DNA of 64,000 nt from Eutreptiella sp. 'Long Island Sound 2002' (lineage: Eukaryota > Protista > Euglenida), in contig OZ038378.1 of assembly GCA_964036045.1 (NCBI GenBank), positions 136,462,001 through 136,526,000 of the forward strand. The letters run 5' to 3'. How positions within the stretch are numbered: position 1 is the first letter of the stretch; each line of letters opens with the position of its first letter. The translations under genes and the position numbers were made by a program. The notes under the pieces are model-generated. The model made no database searches, was not told the origin of the DNA, and saw only the letters and a program-made list of their open reading frames with translations. Below are positions 1 to 12,575 of the stretch, one piece after another.

Positions 1-1928
1 ACGAATAGTTCCCGCTTGTAATGGAAGCAAACAACGCAGGTGTACATTCGTCGAAGAAAGGGCAGAACCCACAGAGCAAAACGTACAGAACCACGCCTGC
101 AAGACGACAAGAACAGGTGCTTCGCAACCGTGCCAACGCAAATCGAGCGAAAGCTGAAACGATACCGCGCACGCAACTGACGCGCTAAGCAACGGTGCGT
201 GAGAACACTGGAAGTTGGAGGCTGACAGTTGAAATTTCTGACGCTTCCAGTGCACGAACCACTTCTTTTTGTCGTCCGCGGATTCATGTTCACACCTACG
301 CTCCACATATCGCATGCAAAGCTGTAGCCGTGCATGTCGTTTAATAGAACTTCTGGCGCAACGTAATTCGGAGAGCCACAAGCCGTCTTGACGAGCATAT
401 CTCCGCTCCAAATCTTGGCAAGGCCGAAATCAGAAATCTTGATTTCTGCGTCGTACTGCAGACAGGGGGTAACGACAGTCAACGTGGACACCAACTCTGT
501 CGAAGCTGCGGGGGTCCTGGCATCAGGTAGCGCACAGAAGAAGCGGGACGGCACCAGTTTAGAAAGCTGCAGTGCACTTGCACGAACAAGCTGGTCAGCA
601 CCGAAACGCTGGAAGGGGTGCTCGGTGCGGAAAAGAAGTACGTTACACAGGAAGTACGCCGCGTACCTTGTCAGGAGAGGAAAACAGCAAGTTTTCGGGC
701 TTCAAATCTCGATGAATGATCCCCTGTTGCAACGAAGTGAGGAGGCCGCTCCCTGAGACCCTCGGTGCACGCCACACAGCAGCTCAGGCGACACTACAAA
801 GCATAGACCACGGTTCAAAATGCTTGGTGACCAAGCACAGAACAGGCTGGACACCTTGTCGTGTAGATACTTCACCGCTTCAATGATTTTCTTGATCAGA
901 ACACTGCTTTGTTTTTCAGAGTATCCGTTGGGGAAGTCGTTGCAAATGCGGTCAAACAGTTCTCCTCCATTCATTAGTTCCATGATCAGGTACACTCGAT
1001 CGTTGTCTTCAAACACGTCCTGCACAAGGGGTTCGCAATTCGAAACGTCGCAGCAAAGGCGGCGGACGGTGTGTTGCAGGTGGAGTCTCAGAACACACCA
1101 GCAGGCTGACGATGTTCGGGTGCTCCACGTTCATCAAAATTGTCACCTCAGTTTTCAAACTTGCAACTTTGATGTCAATATTGTTCTTCTCGATAATCTT
1201 TACTGCGACTGGCTTTTTATCTTTTCTCGTTCCGAGCCTGACTGAGCTGAAAGACCCTATGTAACAAAGCAGCATGCAGGAGTCTCAAAAAAACGTATTG
1301 CAACAGTGCTGAGTCAGCGGATTGCGTGACACCGAACTCGGACTAACTTGCAACTTCACCCGTTGTCTCTAAACAACTCGGAACACCAGACCAAACAAGG
1401 TGCCCGTATTTTTGAGCTTGGGCATGGTGCAAACAGACTACGTAACGCCCAAAGGTGCCGAACTAGAAGTATTGAGTGGTTGCCCCGGTCGTGACAATCT
1501 GCTTTCCGCTCCCTGACAAGGTCGGAGGCATTTGAGTGACAAGGAACCGGTTTCATTTCACCCCACTACCTTCTGAATAGAAATGTTGTGGTGACGATTG
1601 TCCCAACACCTTGCGATCGTCTCAACACCTTGGGTTTTCTTCACGCTTTCAGCAGGTGAGCAAACTAGCACGTTAAGTGACATGCAGTCCCAAGATGTGA
1701 GCTTAGCTTCAGCTGGAATAACCATGCACCGCAAGTCCACGAGCTACCTCGCAATGAGGGTCTGGAGCAAGGAGGGGCAGCAGCACCTTTTCCGAGAAAA
1801 TGCTTGATGGTGTAGTGATCATGGATATTGGAATCGTTTAAGTTGAAAATTCGATTCTGCGGCTCATTCTGCTTTGCTTGCTTTTTATCATCTTCTCTTT
1901 TTCGAAACCGATCAAGAATCCCAGGCAT
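1..1928 (-). CDS. Ca2+/calmodulin-dependent (CaMK1-like) Ser/Thr kinase, host gene, 3' end outside window; exons 1928-1787, 1256-1099, 1019-855, 723-667, 455-296, 96-<1
   Basis: Splicing at GT-AG sites reconstructs an in-frame kinase: LGKGSFSSV (Gly loop), VAVKII, HPNIVSLL/DVFED, MELMNGGELFDRI, HRDLKPEN, ISDFGLAKI, TACGSPNYVAPEVL, DMWSVGVVLYVLLCGFCPF. Confidence 0.95.
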
Positions 1929-2173
1929 TTGCTTTTCTGGATTTCGAACTCTGTCTGCAGGCTGAAGCAGACCACCGATGCACAGGCGATGGAACAAGGG
2001 TAATGTGATCGCGGAAAGTTGGGATTTAAGTATTTACTAGCCATTAGCCCGCGCAAATGCGCGGGTAGAAAATTTGGTGCTAGCATTCAATTTTTTTAGT
2101 AGATATTGTTGGCTTCAGCGTTTAAGTTCATGGCTATATTTAAATTGAAATTTAAATTTTACACTAATCGTAC

Positions 2174-3964
2174 TAGGGGGGGCACGGGACACGTCACAAA
2201 GTAGGAAACCCCCCCCCCCCACCCCAATGAGGGTTCATATGAACCCATTGTGGTACCAAAAGAAGGTTTTTGGTCCCTCTTTGCTTCGCGCACCTCCGTA
2301 TGTGGGTGTAGCCCCCCCCCCCCCCCCCCCCCCCCCCTGGGGTGCCAGGCTGCCCTGTTGCAGGGTAGGGTTATATCCCCTTGCACATGAATGGTTCTTG
2401 CACCATGATGACATGTGTTACACTACTTTCGTATGATTTAGGAAGGCTGAAAGCAAAGGCAAGGCACAAAATGCAAAGCAAGGAATGCACAAAACCGCGG
2501 TGGACCCACATTGGCAACATCTGCACTACAATGTTCAGGAACACAGAGTAGCAGAACTGAGTTGGTTTCAGCAAAATTGCTGCGACATGTACCTTGGGTT
2601 CGGTTTGGGTTGACGGGCATTGCTTGCCCTCACCCGTCCCCCACCTCTCTCCGCTTGCCTTTGTGGGTCCGTGGCCACTCTCGCTTCCTCTTTTTGCAGA
2701 GCACGCTTCGCACCTGCCAGTTTTTTGGCTGCTTGCTGCACTGCATCCTGCCTAGCTGCCAACATCTTATCGCGATATTGTTGACCGCGCATCTCCTTTT
2801 GGCTCCCATACCTTGCCTCCACCACCCGGGCCGTCTTGCTAATCCATGACACTTCATCCTCTTCAAGAGGGCGATCAAACTTATGGTTGTGTCGATGAAT
2901 TGCAGTGAAGGCGGCCCGTTGAGGATTTATCCTTGTACCTCCGAGGTGCAGAGTGTCACCCAGGGTACCAAAGAACGATTCGCAAAAAATTGTGTCGCAC
3001 GGAGTGACTTCCCAATTTTTTTTTTGTTCGGGAGTCATCTCCGGTACACATGTGCTCCCACCGGAGCGGTAGGAAAAAGTGTAGTGGAGCCAGCGCCTAT
3101 GCATTCGCTTGAACACGATGCGGAGGCGACATTTCAACTCCACAAGAACGGGTGAAGAATGTGCAAGATCCATGGCTCGACCCTCACATTGCAAAGCTAG
3201 CTCGGGATTTTCGCCATACCGATACAACGATACACGGCAACACACAAGACACGCACTGGGCACATAGATTGTAAGCATTGGGGACAATTGGCAATGATGC
3301 TGAAGCAAAATGGTGGCAAGTGGTCATTCCGGAATCACAAACCTCACTAGAATCGCACGATTGTTTGAAACCTTAGGCTGCCAAGTGGTGCCTAGGCCCA
3401 TGCGCGTGCGCTTCGCAACTGGTGCTGCAGCCTTCTCCGCCATCAACTTGGCCTCCCTGTCATTTGCAGCCTTGGATGCTTGTTGGGCCTCACCCATTGC
3501 CCGACATTCCCCTAGGTAGCACCATTTGGGAGTCTTGCCATGCTTGGGTGAGCCTGGAGCCTTCAGACTAAGGCCGTCAGGGGGCGGGCGCCAGAGAGAA
3601 GACTTTGGGCGCGCGCCGCACACCCAACAATAGGCCTGTGTCTTGGGCATCACAGAGCACAGGCCTGTGGCAAAAAAATGAAAGATCCCATGAAAAGATA
3701 ATAATATTAGATGTTGATTCCACTATTTAAATTCCTGCCAGGCGATAGTGCAATATGACTTTGGGAAAAAACCCGAAAATCGCCGCTGCAGGAATCAGCG
3801 CTCAGTTGGGCCGTGGAGGGCATGTACTAACGACCTCCCCGATGCCAAAATCAGCCTTTCATCCGTAAAATTTTCAGAGAAAATCCAGCCGGAAGGTTTT
3901 ACTCCCTCCCGCGTAGCGCCGCAAACAGGTGCCGCAAATGCGGGAGGCGCCTGGGCCCCCCCTA
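2174..3964. mobile_element. TIR DNA transposon, probably non-autonomous or internally deleted (hAT-like TAG...CTA termini)
   Basis: 10-bp inverted ends TAGGGGGGGC (2174-2183) and GCCCCCCCTA (3955-3964), flanked by direct repeat ATCGTAC (2167-2173 and 3965-3971). Confidence 0.7.
2568..3653 (-). pseudogene. Putative transposase remnant inside the TIR element (ORFs 3324-3653 and 2568-3308)
   Basis: Two adjacent minus-strand ORFs within the TIRs. There is an N-terminal CxxC (YCWVCG) and a TPCDTIFCESFFGTL segment loosely resembling the C-terminal ERxFS-type motif of DDE transposases. No DDE core is recognisable. Confidence 0.35.
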
Positions 3965-3976
3965 ATCGTACACCGA

Positions 3977-4490
3977 TGGCAACATTTTACACTCACGACT
4001 ATACTCACGGCTACCTTTTGCTCTCATGGCCACACTCCTGGCTACATTTTATGCAAATGGCTACTCTCAAGGCTACATTCAAAACTTATTGCTACACCCA
4101 TGGCTACATTTTACGCTCATGGCTCCATTTTACACTAATGGCTACACGTACGGCTACATTTTGCACTCATGGCTACACTCATGGCTACATCTTACACTCA
4201 TGCCTACGCCCACTCATGGCTTAGGTCATGGCTACATTTTACACTCATGGCTACACTGAGTGCTACATATTACACTCATGGCTACACTCACCCATGGGTA
4301 CATTTACTTTTACAGTTACTTTTACAGCATACCCTTTACATGATACCTTTTACATGATAGCATTTGCACGTAGGGCTACACGTAGGGCTACATTTCACAC
4401 CAAGGGCTACACTCATGGCTACATTTTACACTCATGGCTACGCTCGGTGCTACATTTTACCTTCATGGCTACACTAACCCATTTGCACTC
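3977..4490. repeat. Minisatellite of mixed 12-bp (GGCTACACTCAT) and 19-bp (GGCTACATTTTACACTCAT) units
   Basis: Many imperfect tandem copies are directly visible. Confidence 0.9.
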
Positions 4491-4806
4491 GCGGTTGCAA
4501 ATACAGTTACTTTTACAAGTACAGTTACAGGGGGTGGTAATAGTTCGTGAGTGTAAAGGTTCGTTTTGTAGCAGTTCGTATGGGTGGTGTTCGGAATTGC
4601 TGCATGTAGAAACCGCCCGCTGTTACGAACCGCTCTAGCAACGAACTAAAACCGCACAGATGTGTTCCGGGATTGGTCAAATTTGGGAAAGGAGAACAGA
4701 GGCTTTTGTATCGCGCTCTGTTGAGCTTCTGTGGTCATAATAGTAGTAATAATGATGATAGTAACAATAATGATCAATAACATTCATAATTTTTCTGTCT
4801 TCAGTC

Positions 4807-5400
4807 ATGCAGCGCTTCCTCACAAAGGGAGGCCATTCCATGAACGACGCTCTGGCTGCAGTGGTGTCGCAGTCCCAGAGCAAGAAGGTCTCCACCAGTT
4901 CTAAGGCCCGTCAATACAAGAGCTCAGCGCCGAGGACTTGGCTAGAGTGGACGCCGTCGCAAAAGTCCCTTTGTGTGCAACTGTTCCTGGAAGGTAACTA
5001 CAACCACGTTGTGCTGCGTTACGGGTGTCAAGCGCCGCCCCTTAACACGCTTCGCACCTGGGCTGGCAAGGTGCAGGGGGGTGAGCCACTGGAAGGGTAC
5101 TGCACCAACTGAGTTCTCAGCCGCACAGAGGAGGAGACCATTCTGAAGTTCATCAAAGAGTTGAAGTATGAGGCTGCCGTGATTGACGTGGACACCATTG
5201 CGCCGCTTGGAAGAACAGTCGCTGAGAGGTCTTGTGGGCCTGGTCTTGCTCCTGTTTTGGACCGCCAATGGGCTGCAAACTTTCGTCGCAGGCACAAGAT
5301 GGGTTGTCTCAAGAAGATCACGACTGAGCGGCTGCCTTCTACAGTGTCTGACTTAGCGCTCGACAACAAATGGCGACGTGAATTCTTGGACCTCGTTCAA
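4807..5400 (+). pseudogene. pogo/Tigger-like (Tc1/mariner superfamily) transposase N-terminus: HTH plus CENP-B-type HTH, truncated
   Basis: One frame reads WTPSQKSLCVQL...PPLNTLRTW...N*VLSRTEEETILKFIKEL...IDVDTI...QWAANFRRRHKM...KITTER, typical of CENP-B/pogo DNA-binding domains. It has an in-frame TGA at 5110-5112 and is cut off by the repeat array at about 5395. Confidence 0.65.
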
Positions 5401-6480
5401 TCTCCCCTGCAGGGGCCGTAGTGATTCGGCTTCGGCGGCAAGGGTACCCGCCGAAGCGCAATTCACGACTGACAAGTGTGTTGATGGCAGATCGCGTACT
5501 TTTTTTTTCGCCGTTCTCAAAATGTGTGACATATGCCCCTCAAAATGATCGCAGCGAAAATACAACTACGCGACTTTTCGATTTTTGGGCCACTGGTAGT
5601 CGTTTTGGTGAAATATCACCGTTTTAAGCGGTTTTTCAACCAGTCTGCGCCGAATAGGGGCTGAATTTTGTACTGGCTGCCATGTGCAGATTTGACGCAT
5701 GTTGTTACCCCTTAAAATGATGAGCTTGTGCCAAAACGTTAGGAAATCAACTTTGTTTGCCAAATTTGGTACAGTTTTGTGGTTTTGCAGCAGTTTTGAT
5801 CGTTTTTTGGGGCAGTTTGGTAGAAAAAATGGGGCAAATTGTTACTAAAAGCGCAGGTTCAACCCGTTTGAGGGTATCGGTGCCCCTCAATGCAAAGTTT
5901 GCAAGAAGGAGCAATGGCTAGGCTCGCTTTCTGTGGGGCTTGCCCCACAGAAACCGAGACTAGCAGGCGTGAAGCTGGTTTTCATAGGGTTTTTTTGGCT
6001 TACAAACCCATCTATATGGATTGTACATTGCTGCACAATGGTGGTAGAAATACCGTATGGTATGCATACTCCAAAGAGGAGCGGGCCGTACTTCTCCGTG
6101 ATCCGCTCTTGTTCAATCTTCCCTGCAGGGGCCGTAGTGATTCGGCTTCGGCGGGAAGGGTACCCGCCGAAGCGCAATTCACGACTGACAAGTGTGTTGA
6201 TGGCAGATCGCGTACTTTTTTTTTTCGATGTTCTCAAAATGTGTGACATATGCCCCTCAAAATGATCGCAGCGAAAATACAACTGCGCGACTTTTCGATT
6301 TTTGGGCCATTTGTAGTCGTTTTGGTGAAATAGCACCGTTTTAAGCGGTTTTTCAACCAGTCTCCGCAAAATAGGGGCTGAATTTTGTACTGGCTGCCAC
6401 GTGCCGATTTGACTAATGTTATCACCCCTTAAAATGATCGGCTCGTGACGAAACATCGGGAAATCAACTTTGTTTGCCAC
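5394..6480. repeat. About 716-bp tandem repeat, 1.5 copies; divergent subfamily of the adjacent 730-bp array
   Basis: Copies start near 5394 and 6109. They share blocks (CCCC..AAAATGATCGCA, GTCGTTTTGGTGAA, GGGGCTGAATT) and the long hairpin with the 730-bp unit. Confidence 0.85.
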
Positions 6481-6488
6481 ATCCGCAC

Positions 6489-9400
6489 TTGTTCAAATCC
6501 CCCCCGCAGGGGGCTGGCTTCTGTGGGGGTCGGGGTGTTGGGGGCCCCTGACCCCGCGCCAGAAGCAGTGACCAACTACTACGTTACGCCACCCCCCCCC
6601 CCTGGAAGACAGCCCTTTTCAAAACCCTGCAATGCAGCCCCTTAAAATGATCGCAATGGAATTCTAAGAACGTGACTTTTCTTCTTTTTGGCCGACGATG
6701 GTCGTTTTGGTGAATTAGGACCGTTTTAAGCAGTTTTTCGGGCAGTCTCCGAAAATTTGGGGCTGAATTCCGTATTGGCTTTTGCTTGCGAAGTTACATC
6801 ATGTTGTAGCCCCTTAAAATGACCGGCTCGGGCCAAAACGTCAGAAAAGCAACCTAACTGGCCAAATCGGGTGCCGTTTCGATGATTTACGGTGAATTTT
6901 GTGCGTTTTTTGGCAGATTTTTGCCATTTTTTTCGCCATATTTGGCATGTATACTTGCTGCCCATCTGGCAAGCCTTTTTGCCAATGGTGCAACCATGTT
7001 GTGCAAGAGGCACGAAGCAGCACCCGCTAGGCTTCGTTTTTGTGGGGCTTGGCCCACAAAAACGGAGCCTAGCGGCCGGCGCTGGCGCCGTTGCTCCCGT
7101 GTTTTCATGGTTTTCTCCTTCTCCGCCTTTGAATGGTCTTTTTGCCTTTGTGCTCCTTGTCCTCCCCGTTCTCATCTGAGCAACCGTGCGAACCCACCTC
7201 GTGCAATTTCCCCCCGCTTGTTCAAATCCCCCCCGCAGGGGGCTGGCTTCTGTGGGGGTCGGGGTGTTGGGGGCCCCTGACCCCGCGCCAGAAGCAGTGA
7301 CCAACTACTACGTTACGCGACCCCCCCCCCCTGGAAGACACCCCTTCTCAAAACCCCGCAATGCAGCCCCTTAAAATGATCGCAATCGAATTCTAAGAAC
7401 GCGACTTTGCTTAATTTCGGCCGATGATGGTCGTTTTGGTGAATTAGGACCGTTTTAAGCAGCTTTTCGGGCAGTCTCCGAAAATTTGGGGCTGAATTCC
7501 GTATTGGCTCTTGCTTGCGAAGTTACATCATGTTGTACCCACTTAAAATGACCAGCTCGGGCCAAAACGTCAGAAAAGCAACCTAATTGGCCAAGTCAAG
7601 TGCCTTTTTGATGATTTACGGTGAATTTTGTGCGTTTTTAGGCAGTTTTTTGCCATTTTTTTCGCCATATTTGGCATGTATACTTGCTGCCCATCTGGCA
7701 AACCTTTTCTGCCAACGGGGCAACCATATTGTGCAAGAGGCAAGAGGCAGCACCCGCTAGGCTACGTTTTTGTGGGGCTTGGCCCACAAAAACGGAGCCT
7801 AGCGGCCGGCGCTGGCGCCGTTGCTCCCGTGTTTTCATGGTTTTCTCCTTCTCCGCCTTTGAATGGTCTTTTTGCCTTTGTGCTCCTGGTCCTCCCTGTT
7901 CTCATCTGAGCATCCGTGCGACCCCACCTCGTGCATCTTTCCCCCGCTTGTTCAAATCCCCCCCGCAGGGGGCTGGCTTCTGTGGGGGTCGGGGTGTTGG
8001 GGGCCCCTGACCCCGCGCCAGAAGCAGTGACCAACTACTACGTTACGCCACCCCCCCCCCCCCTGAAAGACAGCCCTTCTCAAAACCCTGCAATGCAGCC
8101 CCTTAAAATGATCGCAATCGAATTCTAAGAACGCGACTCTTCTTAGTTTTGGCTGATGATGGTCGTTTTGGTGAATAAGGACCGTTTTAAGCAGCTTTTC
8201 GGGCAGTCTCTGAAAATTTAGGGCTGAATTCCGTATTGGCTCTTGTCTGCGAAGTTGCACCATGTTGTAGCCCCTTAAAATGACCGGCTCGGGCCAAAAC
8301 GTCAGAAAAGCAACCTAATTGGCCAAGTCAGGTGCCTTTTTGATGATTTACGGTGAATTTTGTGCGTTTTTAGGCAGTTTTTTGCCATTTTTTTCGCCAT
8401 ATTTGGCATGTATACTTGCTGCCCATCTGGCAAACCTTTTCTGCCAACGGGGCAACCATATTGTGCAAGAGGCAAGAGGCAGCACCCGCTAGGCTACGTT
8501 TTTGTGGGGCTTGGCCCACAAAAACGGAGCCTAGCGGCCGGCGCTGGCGCCGTTGCTCCCGTGTTTTCATGGGTTTCTCCTTCTCCGCCTTTGAATGGTC
8601 TTTTTGCCTTTGTGCTCCTGGTCCTCCCCGTTCTCATCTGAGCATCCGTGCGACCCCACCTCGTGCAACTTTCCCCCGCTTGTTCAAATCCCCCCCGCAG
8701 GGGGCTGGCTTCTGTGGGGGTCGGGGTGTTGGGGGCCCCTGACCCCGCGCCAGAAGCAGTGACCAACTACTACGTTACGCGACCCCCCCCCCCTGGAAGA
8801 CAGCCCTTCTCAAAACCCCGCAATGCAGCCCCTTAAAATGATCGCAATGAAATTCTAAGAATGCGACTCTTCTTCTTTTTGGCCGACGATGCTCGTTTTG
8901 GCGCATTAAGGTCGTTTTAAGCAGTTTTTCGGGCAGTCTCCGAAAATTTGGGGCTGAATTGGGTATTGGCTCCTGCTTGCGAAGTTACATCATGTTGTAG
9001 CCCCTTAAAATGACCGGCTCGGGCCAAAACGCTAGAAAAGCAACCTAATTGGCCAAATCGGGTGCTGTTTCGATGATTTACAGTCAATTTTGTGCGTTTT
9101 TTGGCAGTTTTCTGCCATTTTTTTCGCCATATTTGGCATGTATACTTGCTGCCCATCTGGCAAGCCTTTTTTGCCAATGGTGCAACCATGTTGTGCAAGA
9201 GGCACGAAGCAGCACCCGCTAGGCTACGTTTTTGTGGGGCTTGGCCCACAAAAACGGAGCCTAGCGGCCGGCGCTGGCACCGTTGCTCCCGTGTTTTCAT
9301 GGTTTTCTCCTTCTCCGCCTTTGAATGGTCTTTTTGCCTTTGTGCTCCTTGTCCTCCCCGTTCTCATCTGAGCACCCGTGCGACCCCACCTCGTGCAATT

Positions 9401-12400
9401 TCCCCCCGCTTGTTCAAATCCCCCCCGCAGGGGGCTGGCTTCTGTGGGGGTCGGGGTGTTGGGGGCCCCTGACCCCGCGCCAGAAGCAGTGACCAACTAC
9501 TACATTACGCCACCCCCCCCCCCTGGAAGACAGCCCTTCTCAAAACCCTGCAATGCAGCCCCTTAAAATGATCGCAATGGAATTCTAAGAACGCGACTTT
9601 TCTTCTTTTCGGCCGATGATGGTCGTTTTGGTGAATTAGGACCGTTTTAAGCAGCTTTTCGGGCAGTCTCCGAAAATTTGGGGCTGAATTCCGTATTGGC
9701 TCTTGCTTGCAAAGTTACATCATGTTGTAGCCCCTTAAAATGACCGTCTCGGGCCAAAACGTCAGAAAAGCAACCTAATTGGCCAAGTAAGGTGCCTTTT
9801 TGATGATTTACGGTGAATTTTGTGCGTTTTTAGGCAGTTTTTTGCCATTTTTTTCGCCATATTTGGCATGTATACTTGCTGCCCATCTGGCAAACCTTTT
9901 CTGCCAACGGGGCAACCATATTGTGCAAGAGGCAAGAGGCAGCACCCGCTAGGCTACATTTTTGTGGGGCTTGGCCCACAAAAACGGAGCCTAGCGGCCT
10001 GCGCTGGCGCCGTTGCTCCCGTGTTTTCATGGTTTTCTCCTTCTCCGCCTTTGAATGAACTTTTTGCCTTTGTGCTCCTGGTCCTCCCCGTTCTCAGCTG
10101 AGCATCCGTGCGACCCCACCTCGTGCATCTTTCCCCCGCTTGTTCAATTCCCCCCCGCAGGGGGCTGGCTTCTGTGGGGGTCGGGGTGTTGGGGGCCCCT
10201 GACCCCGCGCCAGAAGCAGTGACCAACTACTACGTTACGCGACCCCCCCCCCCCTGGAAGACAGCCCTTCTCAAAACCCTGCAATGCAGCCCCTTAAAAT
10301 GATCGCAATGGAATTCTAAGAATGCGACCCTTCTTAATTTTGGCCGATGATGTTCGTTTTGGTGAATTAGGACTGTTTTAAGCGGTTTTTCGGGCAGTCT
10401 ACGGAAATTTGGGGCTGAATTCCGTATTGGTTCTTGCTTGCGAAGTTGGAGCATGTTGTAGCCCCTTAAAATGACTGGCTCGGGCCAAAACGTCGGAAAA
10501 GCAACCTCGATGGCCAAATCTAGTGCCGTTTTCATGTTTTACGGTCACTTTTGAGCGTTTTTTGGCAGTTTTTTGCCATATTTTTTGCCATATTTGGCAT
10601 GTGTACTTGCTGCCCATCTGGCAAGCCTTTTCCGCCAATGGGGCAACCATATTGGGCAAGAAGCAGGAGGCAGCACCCGCTAGGCTCTGTTTTTGTGGGG
10701 CTTGGCCCACAAAAACGGAGCCTAGCGGCCGGCGCTGGCGCCGTTGATCCCGTGTTTTCATGGTTTTCACCTTCTCCGCCTTTGAATGGTCTTTTTGCCT
10801 TTCTGTTCTTGTCCTCCCCGTTCTCATCTGAACACCCGTGCGACCCCACCTCGTGCAACTTTCCCCCACTTGTTCAAATCCCCCCCGCAGGGGGCTGGCT
10901 TCTGTGGGGGTCGGGGTGTGAGGGGCCCCTGACCCCGCGCCAGAAGCAGTGACCAACTACTACGTTACGCGACCCCCCCCCCCTGGAAGACAGCCCTTCT
11001 CAAAACCCTGCAATGCAGCCCCTTAAAATGATCGCAACCGAATTCTAAGAACGCGACTTTTCTTCTTTTTGGCAGACGATGGTCGTTTTGGTGAATTAGG
11101 ACTGTTTTAAGCAGTTTTTCGGGCACTCTCCGAAAATTTATGGCTGAATTCCGTATTGGCTCCTGGTTGCGAAGTTACATCATGTTGTAGCCCCTTAAAA
11201 TGACCGGCTCGGGCCAAAACGTCAGAAAAGCAACCTCATTGGCCACATCTGATGCGGTTTTGTTGATTTACGGTCAATTTTACGCGTTTTTTGGCAGTTT
11301 TCTGCCATTTTTTTCGCCATATTTGGCATGTATACTTGCTGCCCCTCTGGCAAGCCTTTTTTGCCAATGGTGCAACCATATTGTGCAAGAGGCACGAAGC
11401 AGCATCCGCTAGGCTACGTTTTTGTGGGGCTTGGCCCACAAAACGGAGCCTAGCGGCCGGCGCTGGCGCCGTTGCCCCCGTGTTTTCATGGTTTTCTCGT
11501 TCTCCGCCTTTGAATGGTCTTTTTGCCTTTGTGCTCCTTGTCCTCCCCGTTCTCATCTGAGCACCCGTGCGACCCCACCTCGTGCAACTTCCCCCCGCTT
11601 GTTCAAATCCCCCCCGCAGGGGGCTGGCTTCTGTGGGGGTCGGGGTGTTGGGGGCCCCTGACCCCGCGCCAGAAGCAGTGACCAACTACCACGTTACGCG
11701 ACCCCCCCCCCCTGGAAGACAGCCCTTCCCAAAACCCTGCAATGCAGCCCCTTAAAATGATCGCAATGGAATTCTAAGAACGCGACTTGTCTTCTTTTTG
11801 GCCGATGATGGTCGTTTTGGTGAATTAGGACCGTTTTAAGCAGCTTTTCGGGCAGTCTCCGAAAATTTGGGGCTGAATGCCTTAGTGGCTCATGCTTGCG
11901 AAATTACATCACGTTGTAGCCCCTTAAAATGACCGGCTCGGGCCAAAACGTCACAAAAGCAACCTCATTGGCCAAGTCAGTTGCCGTTTTGATAATTTAC
12001 GATGAATTTTGTGCGTTTTTAGGCAGTTTTTTGCCATTTTTTTCGCCATATTTGGCATGTATACTTGCTGCCCATCTGGCAAACCTTTTCTGCCAACGGA
12101 GCAACCATATTGTGCAAGAGACAGGAGGCAGCACCCGCTAGGCTCCGTTTTTGTGGGGCTTGGCCCACAAAAATGGAGCCTAGCGGCCGGCGCTGGCGCC
12201 GTTGCTCCCGTGTTTTCATGGTTTTCTCCTTCTCCGCCTTTGAATGGTCTTTTTTCCTTTGTGCTCCTTGTCCTCCCCGTTCTCATCTGAGCATCCGTGC
12301 GACCCCACCTCGTGCATCTTTCCCCCGCTTGTTCATATCCCCCCCGCAGGGGGCTGGCTTCTGTTGGGGGTCGGGGTGTGGGGCCCCTGACCCCGCGCCA

Positions 12401-12575
12401 GAAGCAGTGACCAACTACCACGTTACGCCACCCCCCCCCCCTGGAAGACAGCCCTTCTCAAAACCCTGCAATGCAGCCCCTTAAAATGATCGCAATCAAA
12501 TTCTAAGAACGCGACTTTTCTTATTTTTGGCCGATGATGGTCGTTTTGGTGAACTAGGACCGTTTGAAGCGCTTT
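6489..12575. repeat. Tandem array of about 730-bp units (8 complete plus 1 partial), each with two stem-loops
   Basis: Unit starts (TTGTTCAAATCCCC and variants) at 6489, 7218, 7948, 8680, 9410, 10140, 10870, 11599 and 12329. Confidence 0.97.

Noticed and set aside
2209-2338. Long poly-C runs as regulatory G4 elements
   Set aside because: Simple homopolymers, common throughout this sequence and prone to sequencing error.
5887-12484. Recurrent 60-190-aa ORFs in the 730-bp array
   Set aside because: Overlapping ORFs occur on both strands, stops vary between copies, and no protein motifs are recognisable.
6489-12575. Self-cleaving ribozyme in the repeat unit
   Set aside because: I did not find a hammerhead core (CTGATGA...GAAA) or another ribozyme consensus by eye; an Infernal search would be needed to exclude it.
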